Source: Eledone cirrhosa (taxonomy: Eukaryota). From it: a stretch of DNA of 64,000 nt. A model generated the notes under the pieces. The model had not been told where the DNA came from. It saw nothing but the letters and a program-made list of their open reading frames with translations, and searched no databases. Positions 53,062-64,000 of this stretch are shown here, one piece after another (the stretch's first letter is position 1; each line of letters opens with the position of its first letter). The translations under genes were made by a program, and so were the position numbers. The stretch covers positions 286,316,001 to 286,380,000 of the forward strand of contig OZ024741.1 of the NCBI GenBank assembly GCA_964016885.1, read 5' to 3'.

Positions 53062-54834
53062 TACAATAATCACACAGCATAAATATATGCTGCTCGTAAA
53101 AGTAATGTAGGTTTTGATTCGGTCAAAGCATATGTGACTCTTTTCATTTAAATATGGACTTTCTGTATATGTATTAACTCTTTAGGACCATTTTATATAT
53201 CTACGGGTTTTCGCTGCACTTACTTCCAACTTTATTAATCACTTTTCAAATTATCCACGATTTTCCTCTCTTTATCGATCACCTTTCATCCTCTCTAGCA
53301 TTTCACTCCTTACCAGCTATTTCCCCGTCTTTCAATATTAGCTCATTTTATCATTTCTCACTTTACATTTCACTACCCAAACATTTTCATTCATCTAAAG
53401 TCAACGCACCAATCACTATTCACAGTCAGTCTTCCAGAGAAGTTAATCATGATATAACTTCTGTCTTCCTATCTCAAAATATATTGCTGACTTTTATAAG
53501 TTATCGAATAATAAAGAAAGACATTATCAAACCCATCCAACCAGATATCATAAATCGAAAATGGGTTTGATATTTTTCTCTTTTGAAAAGTTTATAGACA
53601 GACAAGCAATGTGGATTTGCTCCTACATTTTTTTTGTTTGCTTGTTTTTTGTTTGTTTTTTTTTTATTTACCTAAGCGCAAAATCTTTCGTTTTCTTGGA
53701 AAATAAAAATGGGTTTCTATCAATGGTAATATATTTCTGGTATTTATTTCATCAACACCAGATGTTTTATGATCCACTCATGTATGCATACGTATAAAAT
53801 CATGTATGTACACATGCGCATAAAAACTTGTATATTTATATGAATGTACATACAAGTGTATGAATATACATACACTTACCCATATGTGAATGTTTATATA
53901 TATATATACACTTATCCATACACGTATTCACGCCAATGCACACAAACTAGTACGTTATTCAATCCATATGGTAAAGTGGCGAAGGAAGAGCAAGGAACCA
54001 TATATTTAAACGTTTTACTTTATATTGTAATTCTGTCAATGCATTCGCCTGCAGAAAGGATCTATCAGAAAACCAATATTTCAAACATAAAATTATTGAA
54101 CTTCTTGGTTGGTTGTTTGTATTGCCTAGTAACCCAGTGAAACATAAATTAAGCTGCTGAACTGGAGATTTACAGTTGGTAAAGAAAATACTTGTAATCG
54201 GAAACTATATCTCCAGATTGGGAATTCCTAAAAACCAGCCAATAATGTTTTACTGTTTTCTCCGAGACATGACATTGTAAACACAGATTTCATGTTTCAA
54301 TAGTAATGACTTGTAACCGGAAACCAAGGGAGCAGCCAGAATCTATATCCACATTATATACTGTTCAACAAAAAATAGCGAGTAAGATGAATGTATGTCT
54401 AGTAATTCATATTACGGGCATTTGGGACAATGAGTTTGCGGATATGTTACGTGAACGGATTTAATATGCTTGACAACATTTAGTCGTAGACATACACGTT
54501 CTATATTCTATTAGGAATATGGTCTAGAATAATTAATATTACTTAACGAAGTGGGTTTTATTTATTTGACTACAGTTCATCCCCACGACTAGCTAATTAA
54601 TATCGCAATCGCATATCACTGATAGTTAACATATTAACGATATTATACCATATTACTACATCTCAGTGCTATAGAGGTACAATAATTATCCCAAAATATA
54701 ATTATCAAGTAAGTAAAAATATGACGGTCCTCATCTGTTCCACCAATAATTACTTACAAAAAATGTTGTCAGGTATAATTACACCTTTAAGAAGATGCCT
54801 CACATTCATACGTCTTCGTTAAACATAACCTTGG

Positions 54835-55170
54835 CCAGGGGGGCGTTGATGTCATCAGACGGTGTCCAACGTTCATTGAGTGTTTTGACAAGAAGCCGTG
54901 ACACCTTCTCGTTGGTGGGTCAGCAGTGGTGGCCAAATTACTGGCCATCTTTTTCTCCTGGCTTTCTGCTTATCTCCTCTCTCCTGCTTCAAAGCCAACA
55001 AGTGGTCCTTTCTGCTGCTTCCATATCCTGCAAACTACAGCCTTCTCTCTTCATGCCGTTCCAGTGACAGTGAGTATTCTCCATACCGAATGAGCTGGGA
55101 ATCCCCTACAGCCTACCTCGACTGGAATTAGTCATACCTATCAACCTTCCTCCCTACTCTCTTCCATATA
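54835..55170 (-). mobile_element. Old 3' fragment of a HERO/NeSL-like RLE LINE
   Basis: Minus-strand translation PVEVGCRGFPAHSVWR...EAAERTTCWL, followed by a 3' UTR. Confidence 0.75.
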
Positions 55171-56904
55171 AGATGTGCGACGGTAATTTCAATAAAAACA
55201 GGCCTAATTTGTTTTCACGTGTCTGAAGCAACTCTTGTCGTGGTACCAGCTGCAGATGTTTTTAATGATGCTACGGCATAACATAAGATTTATGTGCCTA
55301 ATGAAATAGAAGAAGATTATTTAGTTTATAATAATTCTTCAAACTATTATAATTATCATCGGGTTCATTTAACTGAATCCCGCCTCTTACTCACCAATAC
55401 TATTAAGAATATGTTGTTAACAGCTTCGTAATTGTAAAGGTTGTGAGGATTCAGGTATTTCTAAAAATACTTATTATAGAGGACGAGAAAAGCCTAAATC
55501 TTTTACTGAAGAATGAAATGACAATGTCTCCAGCCTTTATCAAAAATGCACATTTCATTTAATAGGGACCTGTACGTATTTTGAGGATCAGAAGATTTAA
55601 ATCTTTTCATCTTGCCGTAATCATAATAAACGTAGGAAGGCAATTTTGTAGTTGCTTGTTCTAGACTTCCACATTTCAATTCCTAAATCTTGTTTCAAAC
55701 GTTTTCGAAATGAAGACACAGTTCTCCACAATTCCGCTACACACCTAAGACTATTCAAACGAATTAGCAAGCGATCTGATGATGATAACATTGTCTACGT
55801 TTCACATTTGTTCTAGTTTGTTGAGAGACACATTCAGACAGCTACGTTTTGTTCAAACGATTAGAAGTGAACAGTTTCAGCTTGCATAGTTTACACCCAG
55901 GCTCAGCATCCTTGACGTCTATCCAGAGATACGTTTTCTTCCTTTTATTACACGTTTCTTCAGTTAAAACACCTGAACAGAGATAAAAGCCTGACATCGA
56001 AGCACCACTGCTTTCAAAACTATATTTAGACCTTGTTAGAATATTTGAACTAAAAGCAAGCGAAATGCAGCTTTTGTAAAATTTAACGTATCTTATATTC
56101 TTCGTCTTTTTCCCGATGAAACGAAGTTAATGCCGTTTGTTAGCGAGAAAAATTTAATTTTGTAATAACGAGTAATTCGCAGTCTAGCGACCACAATAAA
56201 TATAGTCTTTCTTACTAATGCTACTGAGTATACTGAAAGCTTGGAATTAAGGAAAATAAAAATTGTATTAATAGTACTAGCATAAAAACCACCCTTTGGG
56301 TGGTTTTCTGCTAGCATGTGTAGTGTGTATATTGATATTATACACAAATATATATGCATGTAAATAAAATCGTAATTGACAATATACACAGAAATTAAAC
56401 GAAGACTGTGTTACACTGTCTTATGTAATCAGTAACGTAATCCATGATACATTTTAAAAAAGACGATATTATATATAAACTGCATTAGGAGAAAATTAGC
56501 GACGGAAATATATGCGATTATAAGTGTTATAATATAACGGCCGCTAACCGGAAGTGTTGATATTTGACAATTTTAAAGAAGTGAATCTTTAAATATGCTA
56601 AAAAATATATTTAATCAACAGCCACGAAATTTAGTAGATAAATTATGTAATATTCATTCATTATTTATTCAAAGTAATCCAACTTATTTTATAAACGGTG
56701 TAAAAAAATATATTCTGGATGCAGTCCCGCACTCCTTTCTTTATTATAGTTAAGATTGGAAACTTGGAAATTCTAATTCAGAACAGAACGCAGGATAGCC
56801 GAATAGTTAAGGAGCTCACTTCACAATCATTAAGACCCGAGTTTTATCCCATTCTATGGCATTTTGTGTCGCCTACCACAGCCTTGAATAGAGCCTTCCC
56901 TTAT

Positions 56905-57112
56905 ATGTGAAATTGGGCATACAGAAACTTTGGAAGCCCGTCAGATGAACTGTGCTTATAATTCAAAAGACCAGCGTTTTCAATCACTGTGTCACACTGG
57001 ATCTCCCTGAGAATTACGTTATGGATACACGTCCCTGTTGAATGTTCAGCTACATGCAATTTAATTTCCCAAGAAGGTTATTCCATTGATCGAGTCATCG
57101 TCGTAACTGACA
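56905..57112 (+). mobile_element. Old SINE body (Deu/Nin-like)
   Basis: ctgagaattacgttatggatacacgt..aatgttcagc..ttaatttc..gatcga, shared with the reverse complement of 60975-61095. Confidence 0.5.
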
Positions 57113-57893
57113 AAGGTTCATTGCTGGATCTAAACAAACGCTAATTTGCGAGAATATTCGTTATTCGACGATATGTGTTCAGCAGAAATTAGTTTAAAAT
57201 TAGTTTCATGCAGTGACATGTTCTCCACTTTAAACTTTGTCGCTTCGGCCACAAACCCCGGTAATGCCTTTGCAATTTTGTCCGCGGGGCGCAACCAAAA
57301 CACCTTCCCCCTTTCTTTCTTTCGTTGCCTAATAGTCCTTATTCTTCTCCTGCGTTTCCTCTGACATTTATAGTGCTTTCCTTTACTTTCCAGATCTGCT
57401 CTTCTTTACCCCTCCCCTTTTTCTCCTTTTTTTTATTTCTTAATTTTCATCAATTAATAACTTTTGTTCAATAAAAGGACAAAAAGATATTTAAAATATA
57501 TATGAAAAAAAGTTAATTACGTAAATTCGCAACTAATGTATTTTGGATGTGACACGGTTTGCATTGAAGCCAGAACACCTCTGATAATAATTAATTTGAT
57601 TCTCATTATTATTGTGCAATACAGCAGCCATCACCTACTCCCCCCTCCCCCCATATATCATTACCCTCATTATAAGATGTCGGTGTTTTTTCTTCACTTT
57701 ATTGATTGCTTGTTGGCGTTTCCACTCTGGTATCTTGGAAGCTGTTAAGAACTAGAAAGTCTAATCGCTATATGTTAAGTAATCCGCGGGTTATTCAAAA
57801 TACAAAATTCTGTTGTACTTTGTTTTTCAAATACATTAACGCATACATAGCAGGATATTATTATACATATTGTGAAAATTACATTCAGACATT

Positions 57894-58470
<577 letters not shown>

Positions 58471-58485
58471 TATATATATATATAT

Positions 58486-58674
58486 AGTAAAATGTTTGAC
58501 CCCGACGGCAGAGCTGAAGCTGTTTCGACAGGCTATTTCCAGAAATAGGTGTCGAAACGGCTTGAGCTCTGCAGTCGGGGTCAAATATTTTCCTATTACC
58601 CACTCTACTACCCTATGTATTGAGTATTCTGGTGCGTTATGGTCCATTTGGTTCCTTACCACACCTCCGTCATT
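58486..58674 (+). mobile_element. pLTR family E copy (palindrome plus tail)
   Basis: Homologous to 44012-44206. Confidence 0.83.
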
Positions 58675-58751
58675 ATATATGTATATATATATGTGTATGT
58701 ATATATATATATACATATATCTATATATAGATATAGATATATAGATAAATA

Positions 58752-59098
58752 TACACGGGTGTGTATGACTGTGTATAGAAGATTATATTAATAAAAGGAA
58801 TTCCAACTTTGTCTGATTTACTCGATCTATTTACAATACTTTAAAATTATAATGATATTATAATGAAATAGTATGGTAGAATATTAAGTGTTAAATGTTA
58901 ATTGAACAAGTACTTTCGTGCTTTCGCAATCTTCAGGTTCATATTCAGTCGTGTCAGTCAAGTTTGCAATTCGAAAGTACTTGTTCAATTAACATTTAAC
59001 ACTTAATATTCTGCCATACTATTTCATTATAATATCATTATAATTTTAAAGGATTGTATATAAAACGAGTAAATCAGACAAAGTTGGAATTTATTTTA

Positions 59099-59105
<7 letters not shown>
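58752..59105 (-). mobile_element. pLTR family I: short tail plus inverted arms ~58785-58918 / ~58972-59105
   Basis: Reverse-complement arms; HHR spans the left arm and the spacer. Confidence 0.8.
58903..58941 (-). ncRNA. Minimal (39-nt) type I hammerhead
   Basis: Reverse complement tgaac-CTGAAGA-ttgc(gaaa)gcac-GAAA-gtac-TT-gttca. Confidence 0.82.
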
Positions 59106-59870
<765 letters not shown>

Positions 59871-59910
59871 GATATTAATAAATGGAAACTATATTTATAA
59901 AACCATATTT

Positions 59911-59973
59911 ATTTCATTATACATATTTCAGGGATACCAAATTAAATTATGGTATGCCTTCATCAGACAAAAT
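59911..59973 (-). ncRNA. Type I hammerhead (mirror of 60124-60186)
   Basis: Exact reverse complement of the plus-strand motif. Confidence 0.8.
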
Positions 59974-60123
59974 ACAATATATAACAGTTTTACAAGTAAG
60001 CTTTGACGTACCCTTTTAAAATGCAACCATTATTTTTGGAAGCCATCCAGATGGCTTCCAAAAATAATGGTTGCATTTTAAAAGGGTACGTCAAAGCTTA
60101 TTTGTAAAACTGTTATATATTGT

Positions 60124-60186
60124 ATTTTGTCTGATGAAGGCATACCATAATTTAATTTGGTATCCCTGAAATATGTATAATGAAAT
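60124..60186 (+). ncRNA. Type I hammerhead ribozyme
   Basis: attttgt-CTGATGA-agg.atacca..tggtat.cct-GAAA-tatgta-TA-atgaaat. Confidence 0.8.
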
Positions 60187-60309
60187 AAATATGGTTTTAT
60201 AAATATAGTTTCCATTTATTAATATCGTATATCTACTCCAAATACTTATCAGTTATAAAAATATTTACTTGTTGTATCCCAACAATTTTAAATAGAACTT
60301 TTGCATATG

Positions 60310-60352
<43 letters not shown>

Positions 60353-60369
60353 TTATATGTATATATATA

Positions 60370-60762
60370 CGAGGGCAATCCCAAAAGTAAGGTCTCCTTC
60401 CGATATTGCAACTTTTCCGTTAAAATCCTGTGGATGGTATTTCGGGAAACCTCAGGAACCAAAATGCAGAGAGCATCCAGAGTGATCCGCCGATCTTTAC
60501 GCATGTTTTCCTAGGAAGGAGACCTTACTTTTGAGATTGCCCTCTATATAATAACTGCGCGAAATTCGCACTTGGCGGTAGCGTTCAACGGGAGCTCCAT
60601 TCTCAACGGCTGCTAGGCCAAGATTGAGCATCCCAGCGAAGCGCGTGCATGCTTGTTTAGGAGTGAAGGAAGCACCAATCACAACAGTGTTGCCAATGGC
60701 TGTACAAACAGTTTCTCTGCGTCCTCGTCGCTTTGGAGACCTTACTTTTGGGATTACCCTCG
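60370..60762. mobile_element. Mariner-derived non-autonomous element(s) with TA flanks and an extra internal TIR
   Basis: TIR cgagggcaatcccaaaagtaaggtctcc and complements at ~60519-60545 and ~60735-60762; HTH remnant DRRITLDAL..VSRNTIHRILTEKLQYRK. Confidence 0.85.
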
Positions 60763-60974
60763 TATATATATAGCGTGGAATGTATGGTATATTTGATTAT
60801 ACTTTATTTTTAGCTCTATAATATACAATACAGTGTTGATTATCTCTCCAAAACTTAATAATTTGGGAGATATTTGTTAAGTCTATGAAAAATCGATGTA
60901 AGAGAAATATAGTGGTCTTGTGATATTGTCGTAGAATATTTGCAGCACAATGGGTGTGTATTTTGGATCTCCGT

Positions 60975-61240
60975 CTGTTTCAACGATGAAGGTTCTAGTT
61001 GATTCGATCCACGAAACAGCTTTTTCGAGAAATTAACGTACAATTGGCTGAACATTCCACAGACACGTGTACCCTTGAAATAGTTCTCATAGAGATACAA
61101 TATGGTACAAATTAGCGATACAACTCATTTTTTTAGCAATTGAGTGAAATAAAATGACTTGCTCAAGGACAAAGCTCACGGGTAATTGAACATACAACCT
61201 TACAATCATGAGCCGAACAGCTTATCCATGAAGCTATGCG
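60975..61240 (-). mobile_element. Old tRNA-headed SINE (Deu/Nin-like body)
   Basis: Reverse complement has a tRNA-like head, tgtccttgagcaag, and aagggtacacgtgtctgtgg. Confidence 0.55.
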
Positions 61241-61553
61241 CTATTCCCTTCAGTATATTTGAAAGTTGTAAAAGCTAATAAAAAAATGAAAGTTTTTGCT
61301 GTTTTATGTGTTTGTAGTTGTGCTTTGCTGTATTTCGTGTTGTTTTTAAACATAATCCGTCCGTCAAACGATACCTGTAGAACATTCTTCGTTTTCTTTT
61401 CACAAACATTTTAGTTGATGTTGGGTGAAGCATCTTTACCGATTATGTTAGATATTTAGCTCTGGTAGACATTACAGCCATAGCATTGATATTTTAGTGT
61501 TTTGCTAGTGTATTGCAGAACAATGCAGTGTAGCATAGTGTAAAATATAAGTA

Positions 61554-61711
61554 CCGTATTTCCCGGCGTCGAAGACGCTACTTTTTTCTTAAATTAAGTC
61601 TAAAAAATCTACCATGCGTCCTGGAGGGCGAAGGTTGTTTAATTATATTTTTCAATTTTTTGGTTGTCAAAGTTCTCGAGGGCGAAGCGTCTTCGGCGCC
61701 GTAAAATACGA
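61554..61711. mobile_element. Tc1/mariner-superfamily (CCGTA-type) MITE
   Basis: TA-ccgtatttcccggcgtcgaagacgc ... gcgtcttcggcgccgtaaaatacga-TA. Confidence 0.75.
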
Positions 61712-61739
61712 TAAATATAATCTAAGATTGAAGAGAAAG

Positions 61740-62145
61740 AATACGATAGAGAATACAAGCGACCGAAATGGGTTTCCTCCGAAGGGTCTTTGGAGTAATG
61801 TTACTAGATAACGTGCGGAGCTCGGAGATGAGAGAGTCGCTCCAGATAGAGCCACTACTTTTCTGAATTGAGAGATCACAGCCCCCATATTACAGGTATG
61901 AGATTATAATGTCTCGAGAAAGAATCGCTGGACAGATTTTACGGGCAAAAGCCAACCGGAAGGATCCCCAGGATTAGACTCCGAGCTACGTCGTTGGATA
62001 CATTCATGGGCTCGGTTGGTCTCGCTTGGGGATCCAGTCGGTTCAATTGGAGACGGTTGCTTCTGACAAGACCCGCTGGAAGGAATGACTGAGGACTCTT
62101 TCCCCAAGGCCTTCTCGGGAATAAGTGGGCGAAGAAGAAATCTAA
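61740..62145 (+). mobile_element. Decayed RTE/RTEX-like LINE 3' end
   Basis: Homologous to the reverse complement of 62650-62860 (EMGFLRRV..LQIEPLL..IER); ends aagaagaa. Confidence 0.75.
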
Positions 62146-62289
62146 GGCTGAAGAGAGGGAAATAATATTTAAGGTCTATTTTTAAGCTTCCTCCTCATGC
62201 CAGAAACTTGGACATTTATCCAATCTGAATTGATTATGATATCGGTGGTTAATAATCTACAATCCAAGCATAACCCCAGCAATTTGGGA

Positions 62290-62395
62290 AAGAAAGTCGA
62301 TTATATCGAGCACAGTACTTGACTGGTACTTTATTCTATCGACCCCAGAAGGATGAAAAGCAAAGGTGACGTCAGCGGGATTTCAATTCAGAAAA
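62290..62395 (-). mobile_element. Partial OK-like SINE
   Basis: gactggtactttattctatcgacccc..aggatgaaa..caaagg. Confidence 0.6.
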
Positions 62396-62649
62396 TACAG
62401 GCGATATGCTCTTTACTCTTCAAGTTTTTTGTTTGCCTTTTTAGAACCTCCTTTGGTGCAATGTGTCAGTACATGCAGGCTGCCGTTTGTGCTTAAGTTT
62501 TGATGTCTTTGTTAATCTTCGAAAACCTGCAAAGATCATATGTGCAGCACACTCCTCCCAGACTAAGTAATAATGATTTCTAATTTAGGTACAAGGTCAG
62601 AGGTTTAGGGGAGGCGGGAAAATAGATTATATCGAGATCAGTACACATA

Positions 62650-63412
62650 AAAGCCCATTTTGCCCGTAAAATCTTTCGAGTGATCTTTCCTGAGACATTC
62701 TAATCACGTGACCAAAATATCGGAGCTGTAATCTTTCAATATGGAGAAGTAGTGGCTCTACCTGGAGCGCCTCACTGATTTCCGAGCTACACACTCTATC
62801 GAGTAACGTTATCCCAAAGACCCTTCGAAGGAAACCCATTTCGGCCGTTTGATTTCACAATCATATTCTTTCAGTCATTATCCAAGATTCATGACCATAG
62901 GAAAGAGTTGGCGTTAATATCAAATTGAAAATAGTAAATATGGCATTTACCACTACCTCCCTTATTCTGATTACCGAATGCTGAAGCTTGCACATTACTG
63001 CAACAGCTCTTGCAATTCTTGCACTTAATTCAACATCCTGCGTTCCATCACTCGTAAACACGGCCCCGAGAAACTTGAACTTCTCCACCTGCTTCAGTGG
63101 AGCTCTCCTCACATATAGAGTGCACTGCACAGGATTCCTTGAGAAGACGAGTGTCTCAGTGTTCGCAACAATGATTTTCATTCTTGGCGTACAGTACCCA
63201 GAATAAACAATATGAACTGCAAGTCGGTGATCACCTTCTGACGAGTTAAGTAATACAATGACGTCTGCAAATTCCACCCGCAAGTTGTGATACCACTTCC
63301 GACCCGGCTGTGCATGTCAATCCTGTTCATGAAGATTATGAACAGTAGCGGTGACAGCATGCACATTTGGCGGAGTCCGACTCCCACATTGAAAGGTTTC
63401 GATTTAGCATCA
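62650..63412 (-). mobile_element. Decayed RTE/RTEX-like LINE RT fragment
   Basis: GLRQMCMLSPLLF, FADV, KFKFLGAVF, PTLSYGHESW, LRYFGHVIRM. Confidence 0.85.
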
Positions 63413-64000
63413 TACAACTATACCTGAAGAGAAAAGAGAGAAGAGTGGGATCGCGTGATAGATGAGAAAAGAGAATACCTTAGAAAGAGGAGGAGGATGT
63501 GTGTCGATGATAGAGAGGTAGAAAATGGCGACGAGGTGGATGAATGCAGCAGAAAAAGATGAAGACAGAATAGGGGAAAGAGGAGTAGAGATAATGCAGG
63601 AGAAAAACCAGGAAGGCTCGAAGAAGCAAAGCAAACGATGATTGATGAAGAAAAAAGAAAAGATTGGAAAAAGGAAAACATGAGAAAGTTTGACAAATAA
63701 ACAGAATTCCCAAAATGATAAAAATCAACATGAGGAAGGTGGTAGGGAGACAAGAGTAAAAGTGAGATATGAATGAAGTGGGGATGTCCGAGGAGAATGT
63801 AGAAAGAAGAAGCAAAAGGCCAGCAGTAAGCATTGATTGTTTCTCGGCTTGGATTAAATTGACAGTTTATTGGAGTTTTGGGGTCAGCATTCATTCGAGG
63901 CGATTGTTTTGGATAACACCCAAATTTATTTTACTCTAGGATAATTCATTTAACTCAACTGCATGTCAATGCTGTTGCATCTCTGACAGTCAAATCTTCA

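Noticed and set aside
55777-55810. CTGATGA motif
   Set aside because: No downstream GAAA or stem I partner.
61740-63412. Converging RTE fragments as a single TIR element
   Set aside because: Diverged, differently truncated independent LINE copies separated by a SINE.

Overview
Eukaryotic, AT-rich, transposon- and microsatellite-saturated DNA. I found no recognisable host gene. The tRNA-type SINEs and microsatellite load resemble an octopus/cephalopod genome (inference from memory, not a database result). Contents: a decayed Tx1/L1-like LINE; R4/Dong-like restriction-like-endonuclease (RLE) LINEs in (TAA)n and (CATA)n tracts; one RTE LINE with an intact 1181-aa ORF plus its non-autonomous derivatives; a non-autonomous Helitron; two Penelope-like elements (PLEs); MITEs and SINEs. 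The most striking signal, read by eye, is about 15 intact, degenerate or half hammerhead-ribozyme (HHR) motifs. Most lie in short non-coding elements embedded in (TA)n that share a palindrome-plus-unique-3'-tail architecture. Also notable are an apparently non-circularly permuted HHR in a HERO-like 3' UTR and an RNA-like motif shared by the 5' leaders of RTE and R4 elements. Coordinates were counted by hand and element boundaries may be off by some bases. No structure was computed.
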